NCBI GenBank assembly: GCA_965285935.1
Contig: OZ260663.1
Location: 67,456,001-67,520,000 of the forward strand
Reading direction: 5' to 3'
From: Ophelia neglecta
Taxonomy: Eukaryota
Length of the DNA: 64,000 bases
This document shows, in pieces, positions 40,901-52,813 of the stretch. The position numbers were made by a program, and so were the translations under genes. The notes below the pieces were generated by a model that saw only the letters and a list, made by a program, of their open reading frames with translations, had not been told where the DNA came from and did no database searches. How positions within the stretch are numbered: position 1 is the first letter of the stretch; each line of letters starts with the position of its first letter.

Positions 40901-43261
40901 TTAAATAGTCTTGTTGTGCAGGCAAAACAAATAAAGACAATAAGCTCATGAAAAAAAAAATTTCCTAAATGGAAATCAAGTAAAATGACCCGAATATATT
41001 GTATTGTAAGACAGACAAACATATTTTGATGGTAGTTTTACCAGTTCAAATGTTCATGGTTTTATTCTGTTTTTTTTAAGGACATTCTTACCACTTGTGT
41101 CCACATGGGTTTGCTTGATGAGAGATATGTCCAAGAACATGTAATTGCAGATGAGCTTATAAGAAGTCTCCATCTGGAGAATTTTGTTCTGCGTATGAGA
41201 CAAGAAGATAGTATGAAAAAACAAAGAGGATATACAAACATGATTGTAGTAACAGGAGGAGAGGGGAGCTCTAAACGGTAATAACATTCTGTTCAACATG
41301 CATGTAATGTCTCCTAAATGCATTCTTCCCCAGCATGGTAGGCACTAGCTGCTTTGAACTAATGTAATATCTCTCTCTCTACTCATTTGTTTGACTGAAG
41401 ATCAATTTTGCACAAGTGCCTTGTAACTGATTTTAATTATTTTCCTGGGTGCTCTGGCTGCAGTGTATATCAATGTGTACACTACATGCTAGGGTATGAT
41501 GGTGTCACAGCTAGGGCTCAGTTTACAGAGTCCTTGAAAAAAAGCCTGAGGAAGTAATTAAAACCATATTTATGTCTGCATTTATTGTTATAGAATTCAC
41601 TAAATTGATAATAATGATGTTCTAATCTTGCAAATATCTTAATCTTTCAGTGACCCAGAGATTGTGGAGATCAAGAATTATGTCCGTTGCACTGCATATC
41701 ACGGCTATGAGGAAGGTAGAACGTGTGCCTGGATCAACCTTGCTCCAATGCTTTCTCCCAGAATAGGACATGGCATGGTAGAAGCTGGTATGCATTTTTA
41801 AGTTTTCTGACAATGGATTTTAAAGTTTAAAGGATTTGTTTTATTGTTCAAGGCTCCTACTTTTAATAATGCGAGACTCGTGGCATAACATGCCGAATCA
41901 CAGTACACTTTTTTCCAAGCATGCACTCTCAAAAATGGCAATTATGCACATATGTTATCAATGCCCCAGTCTTAAAGGATGTTTATATAGCTTTATCTAG
42001 GCTAAATCTTTGGCCCTGCACTAAATGCTGACTTGGTACATGACAATATGTGGCATGGATTGGATGAAGTTGACATTGGCTCTATGGCTGACAATATTTA
42101 CAAACAATTTTCAGAGAAGGAATTATCATAAGTGCTATACAGCAAATTTAAATTAGCTAGTCTATATATGTGTAGCATTTTTGGTTGGACTTTCCAAAGT
42201 ATTGTGGTGTTGGAAAAAATACCCCATGGAGGAGATGGGATCACCTCAATTTTCTTTAATGCAGTATTACAGTATTATAGTTTCTTATAGTATAACTTAT
42301 ATGACACCTTTTTATAAATCTAAAAGATGTGTATGTTTTTTTTTAATCTTTTATTATATTATGTTTTTCAGGTGGATATCTCTATGTAATTGGTGGCCGT
42401 GATGACAGTGGGCGCATTTTAAATACTGGAGAGCGATATGATCCTTGCAACAATGTATGGGCTGCTACTCCTCCTATGAACCATGCACGGGTAGGCTTTG
42501 GACTTGTGGCTGTCGATGACAAGATATACGCCCTGGGAGGCAGTAATGACATGTCTGACCCACTAACTAGTGTGGAGGAGTTCAATATTTATACAAACAA
42601 ATGGAGGCGTTTACCGGATATGAATCTGAAAAGGGCTTGGTCAGCCCATGCTGTGTGTAATAAAAAGATATATGTTATCGCTGGAGGCATCATGGGAAAG
42701 CTTTATGAAGCTGTCGAGTGCTTTGACCCTAAATCAGAAGCTTGGGTTTCTGTGGCACCAATGAAAGAAAGAAGATTTGATGCAAGGGCCATAGGAATGG
42801 GGGAAGATATATTTGTGTTTGGTGGCTTCAGGAGGTTTGAATGCCCTAGTGCTATGCAAAGTGGATCTGGAATGAAATTCTGTGGCACAGAAGTATATTC
42901 AACTGAGCAGAAACATTGGATGATGATGAATAGAGACATGGCCATGTGCACTATGACAGACAGTAGCCATATAGACGCAGTCACTAAATGTAAAGATGAA
43001 ATAATCTTAATTGGTGATTTGGATGTTGGAGGTATGAGGCACTGTGTGCGTGCATATCGACCTAGTACCAACAATTGGAGAGGAGTGGTCCAGAATCACC
43101 CCACCGAACAGCGAGCAATGCAGTCGTGTATTCTTAAGATTCCTAGTTCTCTGGTGTATGATCTCACTTGGCAACAAGACAAGCTAACATGGAGTAGTGT
43201 AAGGCAAACTTACGGTCCCCAGCATATGTGCAATGCAGGCCAACATAGTCAGTTTATGTAG
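37928..43261 (+). CDS. GAN: Gigaxonin (BTB-BACK-Kelch Cul3 adaptor), 636 aa
   Basis: Exons 37928-38130, 39777-40100, 40586-40745, 41081-41277, 41651-41787, 42372-43261 (1911 nt). Gigaxonin-like segments EIPVQRNVLAAASPY, IQDILQAADILLMTDLKELCCEYLE, RGYTNMIVVTGGE, WINLAPMLSPRIGHG, GERYDP; Kelch GG repeats. AATAAA at ~43508. Confidence 0.88.
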
Positions 43262-46008
43262 GCCATGATGTATTTTATAGGTGATTTAGTTTTGCTCCGT
43301 AGTCCCACTGCTATTACAGTCTATATACTGCTATTTATCTTGTCAGTATATGAGTTTATGACATTTTACTCAGAGACAGACCAAATCAGGTTTTTGGGTA
43401 TATGAATAGTAAAGTAATTTCAGCGGCCATCATGACGTCACAACCAATTTACATCATTTTCTCTGTGTGACAACATAAAAATCACCCATAGATAGCGGAA
43501 ATGAGACAATAAAAAGCATCTCTTTCGTGCAAGAATTCTGACCACTTTTGAAGATTTGGTCCATCTGAGACTGGGAGTTGTTGAAGTCTGACTCAGTTAG
43601 ATATTAATTTCATGCCCTTGTTCAATCTTTCCCTTCATAGTAGAGCCAATGGTATATTTACACAGTGGCTTCACATAACTGCGTTAGCATAGAGTACGTG
43701 ATATGTGCAAAAGAGCTGGTTGCTCAGCGGAGGAGAAAAGCCCATTCTGTGGGTTAGCATTTATTGGCAGACATGCTGTTAATACACATAAACTGTTAGA
43801 GTGTGAAGTTTTGCAATCAAGTTTGAAGTCAACATTTGGTCTTTTAGCAATGAATGTCCATTTTGATGTACTTCACAGTCTTGTTTGAGTGTATGCATTT
43901 ATTGTTGTAGCATGAAGATATAATAACAAAGGTGGTTATTAAAAAGTATTTAGTAAAACCTACCATATTTATGGCCAACAACAATTAGTTAGTTAGGATT
44001 GGTATGGACCTGTATATTTATAATTTTATGAGTTTGTAAGATTTGAAAAATACAGATATGAAGAATTGTTATCGTCCATTAGTTGTTGTTTTGTACCAAA
44101 ACATGCTCTAAATGTAAAAGAAATTAACCTATTTTTGTATTTGTGTAATGGATATGATTTCTACTTAATAGACTAATTAAATACAAAACAGCAGGAAACA
44201 TGATAATTGTTGCAAAATTTTAATTAAGTTTTTGACTTAAAGGAATACATTTTGATGTTTGAGACCTACTGTTCTATAATAAGGACATAGTATGCTTGTC
44301 TCACAAACTGGTGTAATCTACTATTGTTGGTGATAAACATGCAAGAACAAATATATATAAATGAAGATCAAACCTTCTAACTAGGGCTTTCTGTCTAAAA
44401 TATTATGAAAATCTGTGTTGGAATGCCCTCTAAATTTTCTTCTTTTTGTAAACTGTTGGTTGTTGCTCCCAACCTTTGAAAACTTGAGATTTGGCAGAAG
44501 TAGGTGTGGGCCCCATTTCAAATAACGCCATTCATAGCGATGGATAAGGCCCTTGTCTTCGAAAAATGGATACATTATGTAATACAAGGAAACAAGTACT
44601 GTCTGGGTACAACTAGGCCCACACAAGGCCATTTTGTGCAATTAAATTCACCCACTGCATATTTAATATATTACAGAAATGTCAATATTTCATAGAGGTG
44701 GGCAAGAAGCGATTACAGTCTAAAATCAGCTGTTTAGTCTTAGAAAAACAGGGGTCTTTCTGTAAGGATCTGTCCCTTTCAGCAATCAAGGATATTGCAG
44801 AGTCTACCACTAAATTCCTCCAATAACTGTCACCTAAAATCAAGCTGATAAACGTCTTTCAACCAAAACCCATCAACTTGAATGTTCATTAGCACAAAAT
44901 GATATAGTGAGTTATTTTTGTAAGCTATAGGTAAATATCTGCCTAAGAAACAACAAATCATATTTAAAAAAATTCTGTAGATGGAAATATTAAGATTGAA
45001 AAAGGAATACCAAGTTGAGGAAATTTGAAGTAAGAGATTCTGCAAATTGCCACAGCATCAAAGCAAGATTTGTACGAGGTCAATTTGTATGATGGTAACA
45101 CCAATCACCTACAGCCAATGAAGAACTGTGATTGCACTTGCAAAATTATACCGATTGCTGCATTGACAGCTGCACAACAGTGGGATTACCAAATTGGACT
45201 GTTTGTTGACAGATTTAACGAGTAGTTTCTTTGCAAGAACTTACAAACAAACCAACTTTGCACCTGAGATTGATACCCAATCACTGATGTCTCCAAAAGG
45301 CAATGTAAATGTGAAGATAACATTTAGCCTGATTGTCAATGCCACTCTTGCAAAAAAGGCAGATCTAATGGATTAATGATTGAGACACATTACTGAATGC
45401 TATGTTAAAATATTGATTTTCAAGAAAATTTTCTACTTAACAGACCTTTCTCTCTTTGAAAGACTGTTCTTGTTTTATTGATAATATTCATTTGCTGAAA
45501 TAATATGGTATTAATACTCAAGCCCACAGTGGCCTTTTTATCTAGATAGAGGGGTTTATGCGGCAACCATTGGCTTAATAAAAGCAGTGCTCTGATTTAG
45601 CCGTAACAGGAGTACTTTGCTAAATTTTGTAAAAGAAGGAGCTATGGTTATAGTGTTCATTCACACCTGGCTTTGGCCTGAAATGTCTCTTCACACTTAC
45701 AAGTTTTGTTTAGGTAAAAAGCATGAAAGCTTTGACCAATGTTTTATTGGATATCTTATTGATTAATTCCAAGATTGTGAAATGTGTACTGTTTTTATTT
45801 GTGACTGACTTTAAATTGGCATATTATTTTTCCTTTATCTCTTTTTAAGCCATAAAATAATTCTCCCTTATATGAAAGGTCTGTTTGTGGATGTGTTAAC
45901 TTTTCTTCATCTTTCCTAGCTTTTTGAAACTTTTGGGATGCTAACCTAAGTTCTTACTTTTCTTGACCTGGTAGCACTACACTACAGCTAATGGTACTTT
46001 AATTATAG

Positions 46009-49000
46009 GGATCAACTTTTGGGAGCCAAATCCAACAATACATCGATAGCAGTACTAAGCTGAACAATATATTTCTTCCATGGAGTTTAACAGAAGAAGG
46101 AAAGCAGGTAGAAATAAATGAAATTTGATTAATTCAAATTATACAATATTAATCAACATAACAGTATTATGGTGTAAATTTAACAGACTTTATATAAAGG
46201 ATCTAAGCAGACTTGTAATTTTATTCCTGAGCAGGTGAAGAAACATGCAATAGGGATGGCTGCTTCTCCATATACTTCTTGTACCTTTTTACAGGTTATT
46301 AGTACTTTTTTGACCTCAACAAAGAAAGCTACCCCCCAGTATGTGTCCGAGCTGGAAGGAATTTCACAGGGATCAAATGTCTCTTTTATCAAAGTGAGTG
46401 CTGTATCACTGTTATACATATAGCGTCTCATACTATAATTTACCCAGTTCAATCATTATTCAGTCATAAGGGCAAATTTTAAAAAATACTTCCAGATTCA
46501 TGATTTTGTTGGATATACCTTATGTGATAAATCTATTATTCTATTCTCTTTCTAACTGGAGGCATTTGGAGGCATTTCGGTTACCACCTTAATCTAATTC
46601 TAACATTGTTAAAGTATAAGCAGAATGAGGTGGGGAGTTTGTATGGGCACAACCATGCATGCATATACTGCCTTTAAAACCAATGTGACTGTCAGATTGA
46701 GTATTCTAAAAATTAAGGCTACTAAAAATTAGCCTGATCAGCCTTCATAATCTAATTGTTAGTTTCATATACAGGTATAAATAGCAGTGTAATGCTGTTA
46801 TACCCAGCGGGCTAAGTCTCCTGGCTGATGTTTGTTTATTCAACTGTTAATTATGACCAGTTTTCTTTCCAGTTATTCATCGAAAACCTCAACACCGAGT
46901 TGTCTGCACTACTGCTGAATGGTACTGATACAGCCGATGCATGTAGCGACATCCTTGTCAATAGACCTGAGGATGGCTGTGTAAGGAGTCTCATAAGAAA
47001 CACGATATGACCTGAATTTATTGTTTAATGTAATCCTTGTGTGAAGAATATCACAAATTTTTGGTTTTGTTTTGGCAAACATTTCAGATTGCCATTGGTC
47101 ACAATGAAGATAATGTTCCAATGCTGAAGAAACTGGGTTATATTGTTCAGGCAAAGATATATAACAGCACTAATTCTCAGCACAGGACTATTCAGGAAGA
47201 TTTCACAGCATATTCTTATCCTGGTAATCATTTTCAGCAATATAAATAGTAACTGAAAATCTGCAATTTTGCTCAATAGGAAAATTAACAAATACTGTAT
47301 TTCTAAATTTTCAAGTTTCCGAAAGGAATAAAGAGTTAATCAGCAATTATGTTGAGAATTCATAATATTAATATTACTACTAATTTGCACAGAAAAAAGG
47401 TTTCCACCAGAAAGAGCCAGTTCGTCTGCTTTTGACAATTTGCAGGAAATGCCCGGAAAAAGTGTCGAAGTCTTATTATATTTGCAAAGTTTAATGCAAA
47501 GGGAATATTACACAACAATGTGCACATTATACCTTGATGAATTTGAGCTTCTGCATTCTTGTCTTACTTATTCCATTTTCCTAACAGGAGGACTTGCTGG
47601 AAATGCTTTTGGCTTTAACAGTCATGGAGTGATGCTTGCAGTCAATGCTCTATATCCCAAACTTGTACAGCCTGACAAGCTCCGTGAGTAATACAGTTGT
47701 TTGTTTTCCTCAAGCCTATATGATGCCTTCCTTGTAAATTGAGACCAATTTTATTCCAGTTTATTTTACCCTATTACTTTACATAATCACTCATTAAGTC
47801 AAATTTTGTGTAATAATAGTAATATTATGGTCTTTATTTGGAAGAGAAATATTTATTTTTTAAGATACTGGAATTTTATCAGTTTATAGGACAAAAATAA
47901 CTTATTAAGTCTGATTTTTGGTAATTTACAAATTCTATTTTGATGAGCAATATTCATTTTATAAGATACTGGGTCATATTTAACAAAAATATATATTTTA
48001 ACTGTTTTCTTTTAAATAATTTTTTGGGTGAGTCCAGCATTTAATTGTTGCCTCCTATGTTTAAATTTCATTTGAAGCCACATTATGCATGCAATACATG
48101 TATTGTCTGCAGCATATGCTAAATAAGACGTTTATTAATACAACAATGTTTTTGATTGTATGCTGATATATTTTTTATGGTAAATTTTGAGTTGTGGAAA
48201 GTGACCATGTACTTAAAATATGCAAAATTCAACCTAAGAATATTATGAGACATAAAATGAAAAGTTCTATTACTTTTCTATAATTATTCATCCAATTAAA
48301 TTGTTCATTTTTTCTTAACTGAAAACAACTACGATTTTGTCCTTAAATCACCTAATGAGATCCACAATTTAAAAATGCCTTCATACCGCTGAATGCCATC
48401 AGGTGCACATGAAGCTTGTTAGAACAAAAGACAGTATGTGCCTCATAAGATAAGCCGACCACCAAATCATAGCCGAGTGGTTAGGCGGTCTGCTGAGATA
48501 GCTCCCCTGCCAGACGCCCTGGTATTTTGGGGGTAGTATCAACCTGGTCAACCTGGTGACAGTATAATGTAACTATGGGGGGATCCCTGTTTGGCGTCTA
48601 AGACAGGTACTCCAGCAAGGCTGCACTCTAAAGAGGGCATTGAGCCCACGGTCACAAGTAGCCATTGTGGCGATATGACTATATAAGTGTTGAAAGCCAT
48701 GTAAAACCCAAAACAACCAACCTAAGGTTAACCAACGTAATACCAGGAGGCTTGCAAAGATGAAGGTGCCAAGGTACTTTGGTATGCCAGTATAAGCTGT
48801 TTTAATCTTAATGGTATTTATAATAATCTAAACATACTTTCCATTGTTTTTGGCTAGTTCACTGCCATGGAATATTACAGAAATAAGTGTGTATCACAAT
48901 TTTTTGGGTCAGCTAGATTATCATGTTAGGGATATGCATGGACACATTGTTCCACTTGAATTTGAAAATCAGTTATTACAACATATTACTTTTCGAGACA

Positions 49001-51913
49001 TTATCATGAGAATTACGTAATATGTTGTAATAACTTGTTTTCAAGTTCTTTACCCCAGAAAGTGAAACATATGGTTGTTTTCCTGTGCAAATTATTTTTA
49101 TCTCAATAACTCTTGCAGTCTTTCTACTGATTTAATTAAAATGGATTTCACTCAATTCAATTATTAGAAAGCTTTCATAATATCTTAAAATATTATTTAA
49201 TATACTGAGTTATAAAAGGAACTATTTTAGATGGTCATAAGGTTTGTGATAGGTCTTAGGGAGAAAAACTAGAGATATGCTGTCTTGCTTCTTATATAAG
49301 TTAATGAAGGTAAGAATCTTATCTGAATTTGATCAACATTAATTGGTGAGAGTTTCACCCATAAATTCTACCATACCAGTTGGATTGCAATGCCAAGGTG
49401 GTTGCAATACTGGCCAGCTAATACACTAATAAAAAGGGGGACTTATGATAGTTCCCATCTTTGAAAAAGTACCCCCTTTTCCACTGATTTATGGTAAAAA
49501 AATTCACCCCTTTTTTTGGGAAAATACTGATGATTACATCTTCAAAATAACTCTTCTAAAAAAGACTGGCTTATTCAAAAGTAATTTATTTTAGGTAAGG
49601 AAAGGGCACGCTTAAATATTAATCATGACCTGTTGATTCGACCAGAGGAAAGCATTAAGATTGTGAAAACAACCATGGACAGACACCATCTGGCCAACCA
49701 TTGCCTATTGGAATCAGATGGAAAAAAACTCTTTGTTTATTTCTGCTAAATTTGTTTCAAAAGGACCTTTTTTTCAAGTATTTTGAACATGGGAATTGGA
49801 GAAAAAATCTCTCTTTTTCATGAAATTGGAAATAATAACATGTATCAATTTGCTCTGGAAGGGCAAGCCCCAGGGCATATACATTGTTGCCTCTGTTTGC
49901 AAACAATAGAAGGCATGCAGATTAATATACTGCAAGATTTTTTCTGTACCTTTACCTGTATATATGCATGAATCTTTCTGGCTGGTTTTACAGGCCTACA
50001 TATTTTACAAGTGAGCTATGTCCCCATGCAAATAAAATCAAGGTGCTGTAGTCTGGTGTTATCTCTCAGTAATGTAGTTAATATGCATATTAACTCAAAC
50101 AGTGTTCCAAAAAGGAAATTTCCAACTTATAAATGATTCCTTTCACAGGCATTTCAGGAATTTCAAGCTTCTTTTTCATTACTTCTTTATTTTCATCCTG
50201 TTTTGTACATTTAATTATTTTTCTGTTTTATTTCTTAAATTGAATAATTAAGTGAATTATTGATGAACATTTTTCTGTTGTTTAATTGTTGTAGGGTAAT
50301 TTCATTGTTTTTAAAGGCAGAATAAAATTACCAATGGTATGCCTAATGAGCAAGAAGTCTTAAATACAAGGGCCTTTGAATTTTTCAGCCAGAAACTTCA
50401 TTACCAGGTCATTGCTGGTGAGTAAGTCGATTGATGAAATGAAGAAAATATTAACAAGAGAGCCAGGGGCAGCATATGGATTTAGGTTTGACAAAAACAT
50501 ATTTTTATAAACATTTTCCTGGAGTATCTGTCATATAGTCAATATTTCTTTACATGTACAGCAATTTAATTACCAATGTGTACTCAATAATTTTTAAAAT
50601 AATAGAACAACTTAATCAATTGCAGTGCAAATGCAGGTTTTAAAGGCAAGCAAACTTCAATATGGAATATTGAGGTTGCACCATCGAAAACACTTACCAC
50701 CAATCTGGACATTGTAGAAGTCAAAGCTCACACAGGTTATAAATCTAATGCCTCAGCGAATGGAAACTATTTTCATGTAAATATGTAAGTAAATAACAAA
50801 GCCATTTTCATCAGTCCCTACTTTAAAAATGTGCTATTCATGTGAACATGTGACTACATCGTAATTTACCCTGCTGAATGTTGTGGCATTTTCATGCAAT
50901 AAGCTTGTTTTCTGAAATCCAGGTATAGAAGACTGGAAGTTCCACAACTTACAAAACATATAAAGAGTTCTCAACATAGAACTACTCGGATAGAAGCATT
51001 GCCTACTCCCAGAAATATAAGTGGGATAAATCTCATATTGGGAGACAAGGCTGACAAATTGTATCCAATATACAGAAGTCCAAGTAAGACGGATAATGAA
51101 GCAACTGCTGCAACAGGTACATGTACATTTGGCTAGTGGCTATTAAATAAACTGTCATTGAATTTGTAAAGTGAGAAATATTAACGTCAAAGTTTAAAAT
51201 ATGGAATGGCCTCAGTCCCATGATGCTTTTTTTGGTTTAGCTAACTGGTCAAACCAAGCCCTACGGCAACCATTTTCACACAAAAATATTTGCCCTTGGG
51301 AGTTTTTTTGTACCTTATGTTCTAAATCCAAATGCCTAAATTATTCCAGTTGCTGAAAGTGTGAACATCAGCAAAAAGAATCTATCAAACTGAGCATCAA
51401 TATTACTGACCAATCACTGCTAATGAAAAACCTCTGTAACTAAAATTCGTCAAACAGTAATAAAATTGGCTATTGAAAACACAGGTTTGAATTACACGAG
51501 GTTGTCTCCGCATACAACACCCTGATAAACAGTCTGCCCACCCGTATCCACCAATCACTGCCTCCCTGGCAGTGTTTTTCCTGTCATTGAAAAAGGACCA
51601 ATAATAAACCTGTCCATGTCCATTTTTATCTTTTACTAACTTTTGGATACATGATATTTTGAACAACCAGGGTCCATCCAAACAGGCAACTGTCTAGATT
51701 ATTAATTACCATGACACTGCCTGTTAGTTGATAGCTAGCCAAAAGGCCTCAAGACAAAGTTTTTTCATCATACATATACACACAAATCTTAAATCTAACC
51801 TTTTACTTACAGGTATCTTTGATCTAAAGGACTGTAAATTGATGGTTTTCAAGGATAATCCCAAATCAGCAGAGGGGCCATTACATACCTTTTCTCTACC
51901 CAGCTGTCTCTAG
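46009..51913 (+). CDS. Peptidase C45 Ntn-hydrolase, tan-like (beta-alanyl-amine hydrolase / acyl-CoA:6-APA acyltransferase family); 5'-incomplete, 362 aa recovered
   Basis: Exons 46009-46107, 46295-46393, 46873-46980, 47088-47223, 47588-47683, 50389-50485, 50626-50784, 50923-51116, 51813-51913 in frame. Motifs PQYVSELEGISQG, A-CSD (nucleophile Cys), IGHNED, YPGGLAGNAFGFNSHG, HVNMY, SSQHR. Confidence 0.85.
48470..48722 (+). mobile_element. tRNA-derived SINE (B-box region apparently deleted)
   Basis: A-box tagccgagtggttagg; body shared with 13868-14036; tail gatatgac..tgttgaaagc..gtaaaacccaa(aacc)n. Confidence 0.8.
48958..49048. repeat. ~90-nt hairpin / inverted repeat
   Basis: ttgaaaatcagttattacaacatattac ... 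gtaatatgttgtaataacttgttttcaa, with a 19-bp perfect core. Confidence 0.85.
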
Positions 51914-52813
51914 TATGAAAGAGGAAAGACACATAAAGGAGAATAAGTCATATGTATATTGTGCTAGAAAGGTGTCCTGGTAACAGTATAAACATAGCAT
52001 CAAATAATTCAATCAGGGTTTTCCTTTTTAATGAAGTGTTAAGAAAATGGTTTTTAAAGAAGGGGAAAAAATAGATGCCAAAGGCATGCAGCTGAGAGCA
52101 AGGCTTCAGTTCATCGCTGCATACTTCGTGACAGACGGTTAACTCACTGGTCACCAGCTGAAAAGGAACACCCTGTACAAAAAATTGGACTACTGAAAAT
52201 GCTAAGGAGTTGTATGTGCATGCTTTTAGATTTATATAATCTAACCAATTAGATTTAAATGAGAGGCCTAGTAAGGACAGGGTTTTGGGCCAGTTAGGAT
52301 GTGACATCATAATGGCATCACTGGGAAAGGGTTTCTAAGGCATTTTAAATGATAATTACATTTCATTTTGAATAAAGTCTTCTTCAAGGCAGGCTTGCCT
52401 GCCGAAAATTTGATATATACCCAGTGTTTTGTATTGTTTTGATATTATATTGCTACAGTTGTTTCAAATTATATTTTAATATTACCAGAGAAAAATAGTA
52501 GCACTATAAGTTTCTGATATTACAGGTATCTATCAAAAACAAAACTATTGGCAATATGGGCAAACTTTTATTTAATAATTAACGGATTGCAAATAATATA
52601 TAATTTAACCTTTTTTTAAAGTTTTACTTGTGTTTAATAATTTGTGCAATTTGACAATCGAAAAGGTTTCACCTCCTAAAATAATTAATTTCACCTTGAA
52701 TGTGCTAAGATTACTCTATTAAAATAGCAGCCAAACATATAAACAGCAACACTTATTTTTTATTATACTTTTCCTGTTCATTTAATCATTATTTACACAT
52801 ACTGTCTTTCTAG

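Noticed and set aside
45644-45713. Candidate first exon of the C45 gene (MVIVFIHTW...)
   Set aside because: Ends in phase 1 while the acceptor at 46009 needs phase 0; no family motif.
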